From NCBI GenBank assembly GCA_024229115.1, contig JAAEST010000044.1:2999-66998 (forward strand): a stretch of 64,000 nt of DNA. The letters are read 5' to 3'. This document shows, piece by piece, positions 55,522 through 64,000 of the stretch. The DNA is from Oligoflexia bacterium (GTDB lineage: Bacteria; Bdellovibrionota; Bacteriovoracia; Bacteriovoracales; Bacteriovoracaceae). The translations under genes were made by a program, and so were the position numbers. Positions within the stretch are counted from its first letter, which is position 1; every line of letters starts with the position of its first letter. The notes beneath the pieces were generated by a model, which was not told where the DNA came from, ran no database searches, and saw only the letters and a program-made list of their open reading frames with translations.

Positions 55522-56499
55522 ATGACCACTGTATCAGTAAAACCACTTATTATTGTTTCAGGTCCAACAGCTTCAGGTAAGACAAGTACAAGTATCGCTA
55601 TTGCTAAAAATCTTATTGCTAACCAATTCCAATGCGAAATTGTTAATTACGATTCACTCTATTTTTACAAAGAACTTTCTATCGGCACAGCAAAACCTAC
55701 GTTGCAAGAGATGGATGGAATTCCTCATCATGGAATTAGTATCACCAGTATATCGAATAATTTTAATGCTGCAGACTTTGTCGACTTTGCTCTTCCTAAA
55801 CTTAATGAACTATGGACGAAAGATATTATTCCTATTCTTGTTGGAGGTTCTCCCTTTTACATACGGGCCCTCATAAAAGGAATGTATGACTCTCCAACGA
55901 TTTCAGATGATGTCACTGAAAAAGTAAAGAGAATATATAAAGAAGAAGGCATTGGTAAAATTATTAATGAATTAAAGATTAATGACCCAAACTGTCTAGA
56001 TTATCTTCATGAAAATGATCATTATCGATTAACAAGGGCCTTAGAATTCTTTTATCAAACAGGTCAAAAGATTAGTGATCATAAAAAGAAAACAGATGAG
56101 AAAGACCCTTTTGATTTTAGTGAAAATCAAATTGAAGGACTAAAGCAATACCATTGCTACCTTGATCTCCCTAAAGAAGATCATTTTGAAATTATAAAAA
56201 GTCGCGCATCACAAATGCTAAAAGATGGTCTCTTAGAAGAAGTTAAAGCCCTCTTAGCAAAAGGATTTAAAGATGAGAAGGCCCTCGGCTCTATTGGGTA
56301 TAAAGAAACAATCCAATATCTTGCTGACGAGTTTGACTCACAAGAAGAGTATTTAGAGCGTATTAGTATCTCAACAAGACAATTGGCCAAGTCTCAGAGG
56401 ACATTCTATAAGAAAATAAGACCAAAAGTTGAATATCACCCAGTAAGAGATCGTGATAAAATATTGAAAGAAACATTAGAATTTATAAAGAGCAAATAA
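55522..56499 (+). CDS. miaA: tRNA dimethylallyltransferase MiaA
   Basis: P-loop VSGPTASGKTS, plus GGSPFYIRAL and GYKE motifs. Confidence 0.9.
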   Translation: MTTVSVKPLIIVSGPTASGKTSTSIAIAKNLIANQFQCEIVNYDSLYFYKELSIGTAKPTLQEMDGIPHHGISITSISNNFNAADFVDFALPKLNELWTKDIIPILVGGSPFYIRALIKGMYDSPTISDDVTEKVKRIYKEEGIGKIINELKINDPNCLDYLHENDHYRLTRALEFFYQTGQKISDHKKKTDEKDPFDFSENQIEGLKQYHCYLDLPKEDHFEIIKSRASQMLKDGLLEEVKALLAKGFKDEKALGSIGYKETIQYLADEFDSQEEYLERISISTRQLAKSQRTFYKKIRPKVEYHPVRDRDKILKETLEFIKSK

Positions 56500-57377
56500 T
56501 GGATAAAACAAAAAGAGTTAAGATTATTATTATATCTGATGGTACAGGTGAAACAGCAACTGGTGTCTCAAGAGCTGTCATGACTCAGTTCCAAGACAGA
56601 GATGTTTATTTTACTCGCTATAAAAATGTAAGAACGAAAGATCAAATCGATGCTATTTTCACTGAGGCGGCAATTCATCATGACCTCGTGATCTACACTA
56701 TTGTTAGTGGTGACCTCAGAGAATATATTCAACAATTAAGTAGAAAGAAGCATGTGAGATCTCTTGATGTATTAGGTCCAGCCATCACAGCATTTTCTAA
56801 CTTCTTCAATCAAGAGCCTTTATCAGAGCCTGGTCTTCTTCACCAAGTAAATGATGACTATTTTAAAAGAGTTGATGCAGTTGAATTTACTCTTAATCAT
56901 GATGATGGAAGAAATATTAAACAGCTGCATCTTGCGGATGTAGTCTTAGTGGGAATTAGTAGAACTTCAAAAACACCACTTAGTGTTTTCCTTAGTCTTC
57001 ATGGCCTCAAAGTTGTTAACGTTCCCCTTGTTTACGGAACACCTTTACCAGAAGAGTTATTTAAAATAGATCAGAGAAAGATTTTTGCTCTTACAATTGA
57101 TCCTGATGCCCTACTTTCGATACGCCTTAACAGACTGAATCGTCTTGGAGCAGGAAATATTACTGGTGATTACGCCGAAAAGAGCCAAGTTATTCAAGAG
57201 CTTGAATGGGCCAATTCAATATTTAAAGAAAATAAGAGATGGCCAGTTTTTAATGTGACGGATAAGGCCCTTGAAGAAACAGCATCTGAAATTGTAAAGC
57301 TCATTAACATGAGAAAGAATAATATCTTTAAGCAATTGCAAGCAGAAAGAGCTGAGTCTGATGATGAGAAAGCGTAA
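56499..57377 (+). CDS. Pyruvate,phosphate dikinase / PEP synthase regulatory kinase-pyrophosphorylase (DUF299, PpsR-like)
   Basis: ISDGTGETA at the N-terminus and a GISRTSKTPLS P-loop. It overlaps miaA by 1 nt. Confidence 0.85.
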   Translation: MDKTKRVKIIIISDGTGETATGVSRAVMTQFQDRDVYFTRYKNVRTKDQIDAIFTEAAIHHDLVIYTIVSGDLREYIQQLSRKKHVRSLDVLGPAITAFSNFFNQEPLSEPGLLHQVNDDYFKRVDAVEFTLNHDDGRNIKQLHLADVVLVGISRTSKTPLSVFLSLHGLKVVNVPLVYGTPLPEELFKIDQRKIFALTIDPDALLSIRLNRLNRLGAGNITGDYAEKSQVIQELEWANSIFKENKRWPVFNVTDKALEETASEIVKLINMRKNNIFKQLQAERAESDDEKA

Positions 57378-57396
57378 GCTTTCGAGCAGTCTTTTT

Positions 57397-59466
57397 TTAT
57401 AATGAGCAGAGATCAAGTCTTTGGTCAGCAGAATTAAACTTAAATTGTAATTTACGCTGAATCTTCTCACCAGATCTTTGGAAATACATTGTGTATTCAG
57501 CATTCCCACTTTCATCTGCAGGAAAACGACCATCACCCTGAACAGGTAACACAATCCCCAGTCTTGATTTCACAGGAAGTTGCTCAACACGCTTCTCTCC
57601 ATAGAGTTCAAAATGAAGTGTCCCAATCATACGACATCCACGAGATGTGAAGACATAACCATGTTTTTGATCAGGCATCTCAGGGATATTTATTGAAAAT
57701 GCTTCTTCACTTTCAGGACTAACTGAAGTTACAAAGTGCTTTTTCCCTGGTGTTTCAACTCTAATATAAGAAGTCTCTCCAAGTGGTACTGATATACTTG
57801 AAAGAAAGTCTGGTTTAACCTTCTTGCTATTAACATAAACATTCTGTGTATGTTTCGAAAATGGAGAAAGACGAACTTTCACATAGCCACCGTCATTAAC
57901 CGGTTCTTCAATAACTGGCTCATTTTTCTTAACCACAGGATTCTTTTTCACTGGCTGAGTGACACTAGTCGGAACTCTCTCTTGACCTATATATTTATTT
58001 ATAAAAGGAATATCATCTTTACCAAAATAGACTGCAAGAACAAGAGAAGCAACGACTGCAATTGAAGTCATTGAGCTCTTCTTCTTCTTCTTCATTTTGA
58101 TCTTGGCCCTTGTTGTACCACTTTTTGTTTTGGTACCGGACTTTTTCTTTCTAGCTCGAGTTTTAGTCTTACTTCGACTTTCAGTAGGAGCATGAGTTTC
58201 CTCATCATCTTCACGAACAACTTTACGAGACTTGGCTTCCATTTTAAGAGAGTCATCACCTAACTTTCTTTTCAGATTTAGTGTCTTCGTCCCTTCTTTA
58301 TTCTTTCTAGCAGCTCTAGCAGCTGCCATAACATTTGTATCGTCGCCTCCATCTTCGTCATCAAAACCAAAATCAAGAACAACTTCTTCACGTTTTTTAG
58401 CTTGGCCACCTTCTGATGATGCCGCAGTAGCTCCACCGCCACTTCCGCCGGCTTGTTCTCTTTTTAGATCCTCTAGATAAGGCTTAATATCGATCTTTCC
58501 GTATTCGAAAAGCTTTTCTCTATCTTTCTTAATTTCTTCTTTGAATAGTTCTTTCGCAAAGTAACTTAAATCTGATGCGTTGAACTCAGGAAAGTTCGCA
58601 TAAAGGAACTTAATAAGAGCTCTGTTGAACTTATCCATATTTTCAAAACGCTTATTCCTGTCCTTGCTTAAAGACTTCATAACAATCTTATCTAGTTCCT
58701 CTGGAACATTTGGATTAATTGATGATGGAGGTGGAATTTTACATTCTTGAATTTTCTTTAATACAGCAAGATCGTTAGCGGCTTTGAAGAGTTTTCTACT
58801 ACAAAGCATTTCCCATAGAGTAATACCTACAGCAAATTGATCATATCTGTGATCAAGCTCCATACCTTCTAAATATTCTGGAGCAAGATAACTTAATTTA
58901 CCTTTAATCGTCCCGGCTTGAGTCGCTTCACTATTTGATTCAGCTTTAGCAATACCAAAGTCAATTACCTTAATCGCACCATCATAAGTTAACATGATGT
59001 TGTGAGGTGAAATATCTCTGTGAATAATATTGGCTTCTTTACCGGTAAGTTTATCAGTTAATGTGTGAGCATAATGCAGCCCCTGACAAACTTGGGAAAT
59101 GATATATGATGAGATCTCTACAGGAAAAACAAATTTCTTCTGTTTCAATCTATCTAAATATTCTTTTAAGTTACGACCATCACAATACTCCATAGCAACA
59201 TAGAGTTGTTCATTATGAAGACCATAATCATAAGTTTGAACAATATTGGGATGAAGGAGACCAAAAGTTACTTTAATCTCATCCATAAACATTGTTTTAA
59301 AAGATTCATCCTGAGAGAACTGTGGCTGTACCATTTTAATGGCAACAATTTTGTCTGCTTGTTCACCAAGAAACCTAGCACGACAAATTTTTGCCATACC
59401 ACCATCTACTAAGTGATCTAAAATAAGATATCGGCCAAACCGATCTTTCTTTTCTTCTTCAGACAT
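57397..59466 (-). CDS. Membrane Ser/Thr protein kinase (Hanks type) with an extracytoplasmic C-terminal domain
   Basis: VAIK, HRDISPHNIML, DFGIAKA and YLAPEY motifs. These are followed by a Gly- and K-rich linker, a TM helix (SIAVVASLVLAVYF), and a beta-rich tail of about 190 aa that is possibly PEGA-like. Confidence 0.9.
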   Translation of the reverse strand: MSEEEKKDRFGRYLILDHLVDGGMAKICRARFLGEQADKIVAIKMVQPQFSQDESFKTMFMDEIKVTFGLLHPNIVQTYDYGLHNEQLYVAMEYCDGRNLKEYLDRLKQKKFVFPVEISSYIISQVCQGLHYAHTLTDKLTGKEANIIHRDISPHNIMLTYDGAIKVIDFGIAKAESNSEATQAGTIKGKLSYLAPEYLEGMELDHRYDQFAVGITLWEMLCSRKLFKAANDLAVLKKIQECKIPPPSSINPNVPEELDKIVMKSLSKDRNKRFENMDKFNRALIKFLYANFPEFNASDLSYFAKELFKEEIKKDREKLFEYGKIDIKPYLEDLKREQAGGSGGGATAASSEGGQAKKREEVVLDFGFDDEDGGDDTNVMAAARAARKNKEGTKTLNLKRKLGDDSLKMEAKSRKVVREDDEETHAPTESRSKTKTRARKKKSGTKTKSGTTRAKIKMKKKKKSSMTSIAVVASLVLAVYFGKDDIPFINKYIGQERVPTSVTQPVKKNPVVKKNEPVIEEPVNDGGYVKVRLSPFSKHTQNVYVNSKKVKPDFLSSISVPLGETSYIRVETPGKKHFVTSVSPESEEAFSINIPEMPDQKHGYVFTSRGCRMIGTLHFELYGEKRVEQLPVKSRLGIVLPVQGDGRFPADESGNAEYTMYFQRSGEKIQRKLQFKFNSADQRLDLCSL

Positions 59467-59561
59467 ATATCAAGTCTCCTCATCTAGCTGATCGGACTTT
59501 TTTCATTTTTTATAAAGGGAAATGTTCTACAGAAATTATAGAAACTAATAATTTTAACTAC

Positions 59562-60089
59562 TTAGTCAGCAAAAGGATAGATTTCATTAAATCCAGGGAA
59601 CCTAATTACAAACCTTTTTGATGAGAGAGGCTTCCTACAGGCTCCAATGATTTTATATAGTTGTAAGCTTAGGCTTTCATAATTTGGATGCATTTTTAAG
59701 TGCCTACCAAAATCAACTAAAGAGAACATTTCAAAGTCCATTTTAGTCAACTGTTCTTTAAGTAGAGACTGAGGAATATTATCGTCTGTCATGTTGTAGG
59801 CGGCCATCACATAGCATTTATTATATTTATTTTGAAATTCAATCTCTCTTTCTGAGAACCACTGATAGAAAGGAGAATCTTTAGAAACATGAGTGATTAG
59901 AAGATCAAACTCAAGAGATAACTCTTTGTACCAACTAATTCTTTCGAAACGAATATTATCTTTCCAACTAGCACTATTAAAGACACCACCTCTTAGGTAA
60001 AGAGAGCCTTTTTTGACCACGTTCTTACTCAATGAAGTACAACTAAAAAAAAGAATGATGCTAAGGAGAACAACTGATATTCTTTTCAT
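59562..60089 (-). CDS. Lipoprotein, unknown function
   Basis: 175 aa with lipobox ILFFSC. It lies 5 nt downstream of the hydrolase-like gene. Confidence 0.55.
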   Translation of the reverse strand: MKRISVVLLSIILFFSCTSLSKNVVKKGSLYLRGGVFNSASWKDNIRFERISWYKELSLEFDLLITHVSKDSPFYQWFSEREIEFQNKYNKCYVMAAYNMTDDNIPQSLLKEQLTKMDFEMFSLVDFGRHLKMHPNYESLSLQLYKIIGACRKPLSSKRFVIRFPGFNEIYPFAD

Positions 60090-60094
60090 TTTTA

Positions 60095-60985
60095 TTATGC
60101 CTTTTTTAGCCAGTTATTTATTTCTTCAACAATTTTCTCATGCCCCTCTTCATTAAACAAGTCGAGCTTTAAACTTGAGAATTCTAGAACAGTTCTATAC
60201 TTTCGAGGAATCCCCTTTGAGTACTTCAAACTATTTTTCAAATCATATACTGAAGAATGCCCCCCAAGTATCACGAGAGAAGGTACATCGATATAATAAG
60301 ATGAGACTAGTGCACTCTGTCCTAAATCGTTGACAATATTCCAATATCCCATCGATAACGTTTTTACGACGAGTGGATCAGACGTTTGTTCTGCTGCACT
60401 GGCAAAGTCTGCAATAGGCATTCTCTTATCTAAATTTGCAAATGGATATTTAAGTTTTAATAGTTTCTTATCAATTCCAAAGAGAAATTTAGAAGCCATT
60501 TTAGGAGCTTCCGATTTCATACTAATAGCAGGATTAAATAGAATAGTTCCTGCTACTTTTTCAGAAAATTTATGAGAAAAATCTTTTAACAATTCTAAAC
60601 TAAGAGTTGCACCAATCCCTTCTCCAGCTAAAATAACTTTCTTTCCAGGATTTTTTTCGAAAACACTTTGTACAAATTTAAAACATGAATCAACTAAGTA
60701 ATTCAAAGATTCGAAGTGCCCTCTCACTCCATAGCTTAGCCCATGTCCAGGTAGGTCCATTCCAATATACGAGATCGAAGTATTTTTTTTCTGTAGTTTT
60801 TTAAAAAATTTTGAATAGCGTTTGAAGTGGCTACCGCCATCATGAAGAAAGCAGATTATAGTCTCACATTGTTCACTATACTTAGCACTATAGAAAAGAG
60901 GCTTATTATATAAGTCGAAGACAAAACCTTCTTCGTTTAAGAAGTGATCTTTCTTTTCTGTATAGGTAACTTCTGTTTTTATCAT
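60095..60985 (-). CDS. Alpha/beta-hydrolase-fold protein (lysophospholipase-like) lacking the nucleophile serine
   Basis: HDGGSHFKRY and DLPGHGLS match the fold. The nucleophile elbow reads GEGIG instead of GHSMG/GxSxG. Confidence 0.7.
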   Translation of the reverse strand: MIKTEVTYTEKKDHFLNEEGFVFDLYNKPLFYSAKYSEQCETIICFLHDGGSHFKRYSKFFKKLQKKNTSISYIGMDLPGHGLSYGVRGHFESLNYLVDSCFKFVQSVFEKNPGKKVILAGEGIGATLSLELLKDFSHKFSEKVAGTILFNPAISMKSEAPKMASKFLFGIDKKLLKLKYPFANLDKRMPIADFASAAEQTSDPLVVKTLSMGYWNIVNDLGQSALVSSYYIDVPSLVILGGHSSVYDLKNSLKYSKGIPRKYRTVLEFSSLKLDLFNEEGHEKIVEEINNWLKKA

Positions 60986-61827
60986 GAGTTGTTAGTAATA
61001 TATTTATCAATAGACCCTTTGGCCTGATCTGATAAATCAACGAAACGAAGACTAAATCCTTGATTACCATCCAAGAGTCTCACAATTTCTCCTTTAGCAG
61101 TAAAGCAAAAGTCTGTGTTTTCTGGATGAACATTCATCGTGATAACATCACCGACCTCACGATTGTTTGTGGCCACAAGTATTTGTAACCCTCCAATGGA
61201 AACATCTCGACAAATACCTTCATAGAGCTCATTCTCATCATGAAAAAATAGTCTCGCTACAAATGGTTTCCTTGGATCTCTTCTTCGATCAACATCTTGA
61301 ACAGCCGGAGGTAATCCACCACAAATTGTTTCAAAGATAGGGGCATCAATGAGATACATCCAGTTTTCTAAACCTGTCGTAAAAATATAAGTTTTTTCAT
61401 TAATTCTACTTTCGTTATAAGCTTTTCTTAGTTGCTTAATAGAGTATGGACCATATTCTCTTTCATCAGCCCCTCTATCTTGACCAATTTTAATATGAAA
61501 AATTTTATGGTCTTCAGAAACACTATTCCAATCAAACTCTTTAATAAGCGGAGGAGCATTTTGAATCATAGGAATATCTTCAATTTCCTCATCAGGATCA
61601 CTAAAAGATGTTTCTCCAAAAGAAGGAGTATCTGGTTCTGAAGTAACAGGCTCAGGAGCATTTAACAAATGCTTTAGTTCATTTACTTCTGCAAGTCTTT
61701 CCCAATTTTCAAAGCCTTTTGTCCAAACATATGACTGGTCATTAAGTGTTTGATTTTTAAAAAGTGCTTCAAGCTCTTCTTGAGAAACTGGTCCTACCTT
61801 CTCAGAACCCTGAACATAAAACCACAT
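60982..61827 (-). CDS. GYF-GYF-PilZ c-di-GMP receptor protein
   Basis: Two GYF_2-like modules (WFYVQGSEKVGPVSQEELE...WTKGFENW and EYGPYSIKQLRK...TTGLENW). The PilZ domain has RRRDPR (RxxxR) and DVSIGG (DxSxxG). Confidence 0.8.
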   Translation of the reverse strand: MWFYVQGSEKVGPVSQEELEALFKNQTLNDQSYVWTKGFENWERLAEVNELKHLLNAPEPVTSEPDTPSFGETSFSDPDEEIEDIPMIQNAPPLIKEFDWNSVSEDHKIFHIKIGQDRGADEREYGPYSIKQLRKAYNESRINEKTYIFTTGLENWMYLIDAPIFETICGGLPPAVQDVDRRRDPRKPFVARLFFHDENELYEGICRDVSIGGLQILVATNNREVGDVITMNVHPENTDFCFTAKGEIVRLLDGNQGFSLRFVDLSDQAKGSIDKYITNNS

Positions 61828-62020
61828 TAGTCCTCTCCTTTAATGATTTTCTATACTTAATACTCTTATTTTACTTAATATTGGCCAGAAACTTCAGGGT
61901 CAAAAATTTCCCATTTACAGCTATTTAGGCAATACTCAACAAATCTCCTCCATTATTCCCTTAATCTTTTTCACTTTCAGACCGATAAACAATTGAATAG
62001 TAATACTCCCGGACGGATAT

Positions 62021-63559
62021 ATGAAAAGTTTATTAAAAAAATCTTTTATTCTAATCACCTTTATGGCCCTCTTTCTCGCCAGTTGTGGAGAAGAACAAGT
62101 AAAAGTTAAAAATAGAAGCGAAGTTAGTAGCTCAAATCCTGTTTCCTTTAATACTATTCAATCATGTGCGGCCTTTTCATTAGTAAAGCCAAAGGTAGAC
62201 TTCCTCTTTCTTTGGGACAACTCGACAAGTTCCGCTTTTATTAATTCAAGCACAAGATCAGCTCTTAATAATACGATCAATCAAATTAGTAATACTTTTG
62301 ATTATCACATTATGATCGCTCCTCTTATTGGAACGGGAAATAATGAAGCCAAATTTATTTCTGAAACTCCAGATGGTTTAAGCTCATCTGCCCTTAGTAT
62401 TAAAATCGATAGATCACTAGCGGCTCAATCTCTGAACTTTACTTACGCTCAAGGTAACCAAGAAAAAGGTGTTACGAGAGCGATTGACCTAATCAAAAGT
62501 AATATAAACAATGGAATCTTTAGACCAAACTCATACTTAGCAGTTGTGGTTATGTCTAACGAAGATGATAATTTTTGGGCGGTTAGTTTTCCAGAAGTCG
62601 AAGCTGAAAGAACTGCTTATGTTTCTCAAAAGCTACACGAACTAAATTGTTTAAGAGGAAACTACAACGATCCACAAGGAAGAAGTTGTACAGGTGCAAA
62701 CTTAAATCTTAATCAGCTAAGATTCATGTCAATTGTGGCATACAGCGGTTCAAACTCATGTCCAACTGTAAGCTATTCTAAGCAAAACCTTACATATAAA
62801 GAGATTTCTTCAAGAGTCTACTCTACTCCTTATACTAATGGGACTATCGTTTATGATAACGAAACAAGATCTGATTTAGAGTATGATCAATTTCTAAAAC
62901 TTAATAATTACGACAGTTACAATATTTGTAATATTAGTGATTTTAGTAAAATTTTTGATGGTATCAATAGTTCAATCACAGATCAGTTGATTCAGCATGA
63001 ATACAACTTCTGGCCAGTGGCAAGCCCAGGAGCTTCATTTAACCCTGATCAAATTAAAGTTGTTAAAAATGGTGTTGAGTATTCAGAAATTTCATTCCCT
63101 GTCTCTAATGGACAGAGTGGTTACACATACTCGAATGTTGTTCAAACTGTAAATACAAGATATGCACCAACACCTGGTGAACCATTTACAGGTTATGTTG
63201 TTCAACTTCACGGAGACGCAAGAGTTAAGTATCCTGATTGTATTCAAGTAACAACACAAACACCTACTGAATTCTTTGGCTATATCAATTTACAAAACAA
63301 ACCTTTTGAAGGGTCAATTGTTGTTAAAATTGATGGCCAGACAATTCCTCAAGGTGGAGCAAATGGTTGGGAACTTGTAAAAGAAAATGGACAGCCTAAG
63401 TACTACAATAGTTTTAATATTAAAATACAAGGTCCAGGGAATTACAATCCTGGAACACCTGCTGTTAATAAGTCCGGTTACTTTATTAAGCTAAATGGTA
63501 ATGCCATTTACAGTAACGGTTCTCAGATTGAAGTTTCATACGATCCTCTTGGGACTTAA
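62021..63559 (+). CDS. Lipoprotein with a possible von Willebrand factor A-like (MIDAS) domain
   Basis: Lipobox FLASC. DFLFLWDNSTSS fits the DxSxS motif after a beta strand. A later AVVVMSNEDD fits the vWA beta4-type motif. Confidence 0.5.
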   Translation: MKSLLKKSFILITFMALFLASCGEEQVKVKNRSEVSSSNPVSFNTIQSCAAFSLVKPKVDFLFLWDNSTSSAFINSSTRSALNNTINQISNTFDYHIMIAPLIGTGNNEAKFISETPDGLSSSALSIKIDRSLAAQSLNFTYAQGNQEKGVTRAIDLIKSNINNGIFRPNSYLAVVVMSNEDDNFWAVSFPEVEAERTAYVSQKLHELNCLRGNYNDPQGRSCTGANLNLNQLRFMSIVAYSGSNSCPTVSYSKQNLTYKEISSRVYSTPYTNGTIVYDNETRSDLEYDQFLKLNNYDSYNICNISDFSKIFDGINSSITDQLIQHEYNFWPVASPGASFNPDQIKVVKNGVEYSEISFPVSNGQSGYTYSNVVQTVNTRYAPTPGEPFTGYVVQLHGDARVKYPDCIQVTTQTPTEFFGYINLQNKPFEGSIVVKIDGQTIPQGGANGWELVKENGQPKYYNSFNIKIQGPGNYNPGTPAVNKSGYFIKLNGNAIYSNGSQIEVSYDPLGT

Positions 63560-64000
63560 TGAGACTTCTCTCTCCCCCAAAATTATCTCCTGAAGAAACA
63601 TGCCCTTATCTTGAGAGTCGCATGTCACGTCATGAGTTTTTCTTAGCTTCTAGTTTATCTGAAGAAGAGTTAGAAGTTTGTCTTAGCAAAGGTTATAGAA
63701 AATTCGGTATCTATTACTTCAGACCAGCTTGCTCTAAATGCCAACTCTGCCTCCCCCTGAGAGTAAGGGTTGATCTTTTTAAACCAAGTAAGTCACAAAA
63801 AAGAATCTTAAAGAAGAATAAAGATCTTGAAATAAAATATCGAACTCTTACTTTTAAAGAAGAGTTATATCAACTCTACCGTCTTCATTCAAAAGTACGC
63901 TTTGATTACAATGATGAGAAGATTGGCTCAAGAGAAGAATTTATTCAAACTCACTTCACACCTTCCGCTCCTGGCATGATTGTGGAATACTGGCTGAAAG
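63559..64000 (+). CDS. bpt: Arginyl/leucyl-tRNA-protein transferase Bpt/ATE family, N-terminal part (runs off the window)
   Basis: My own translation is MRLLSPPKLSPEETCPYLESR...GYRKFGIYYFRPACSKCQLCLPLRVRV...SKSQKRILKKN. Its start overlaps the previous stop (TAATG). Confidence 0.75.
   Translation, partial: MRLLSPPKLSPEETCPYLESRMSRHEFFLASSLSEEELEVCLSKGYRKFGIYYFRPACSKCQLCLPLRVRVDLFKPSKSQKRILKKNKDLEIKYRTLTFKEELYQLYRLHSKVRFDYNDEKIGSREEFIQTHFTPSAPGMIVEYWLK

Noticed and set aside
1-64000. I searched for CRISPR arrays, IS elements, integrases, prophage genes, tRNA and rRNA genes.
   Set aside because: I found no repeat-spacer periodicity, transposase or integrase motifs, phage structural genes or cloverleaf-like intergenic sequences by eye. 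The intergenic regions are short and are occupied by terminators or promoters. A tRNAscan/Infernal run is still needed for certainty.

Overview
This is an AT-rich, densely coding 64-kb window with about 60 genes, mostly on the minus strand. I recognised no rRNA, tRNA, CRISPR array, transposase or integrase. The gene content fits a Bdellovibrio-like predatory bacterium, possibly Bacteriovoracaceae or Halobacteriovorax-like: many secreted proteases and lipoproteins, an FHA-GGDEF cyclase resembling DgcB, PilZ, and nucleoside uptake and salvage genes. That taxon call is inference only.

Most of the window is chromosomal core:
- Translation and replication: an rpsF/rpsR-like gene, a membrane protein gene, rplI, dnaB and a pabB-like gene.
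- RNA and nucleoside metabolism: RNase G; nupC with deoA and a purine nucleoside phosphorylase.
- An operon of xseA, an M23 peptidase, a histidine-kinase-like gene and crcB.
- Envelope: ftsE, ftsX, an envC-like gene and ctp; lapB, three unknown genes and tolQRAB; sppA.
- Other housekeeping: rlmN, two acyl-CoA dehydrogenases, pgi, mutL, miaA and a ppsR-like gene.
- Left edge: a TonB, DUF4856-like and imelysin-like cluster.

The less ordinary parts are listed below.
- A single ORF fuses ribosomal proteins S6 and S18.
- An accessory block at 9.3-17.5 kb holds an orphan 1071-aa secreted protein translationally coupled to a 964-aa subtilase. It is followed by a comparatively GC-rich structured intergenic region and two tandem paralogous lipoprotein genes. 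A C10 homopolymer sits in front of the second of these.
- Several signalling proteins or enzymes have degenerate catalytic motifs: a bEBP, a histidine kinase, an alpha/beta hydrolase and the MutL C-terminal domain.
- A c-di-GMP and Ser/Thr-phosphorylation neighbourhood contains FHA-GGDEF, GYF-GYF-PilZ and a membrane Ser/Thr kinase.
- There is an unannotatable 583-aa plus 135-aa gene pair.

I cannot demonstrate a novel system from sequence alone. The 9.3-17.5 kb block is my best candidate. All domain calls rest on motif recognition by eye, and no searches were run.
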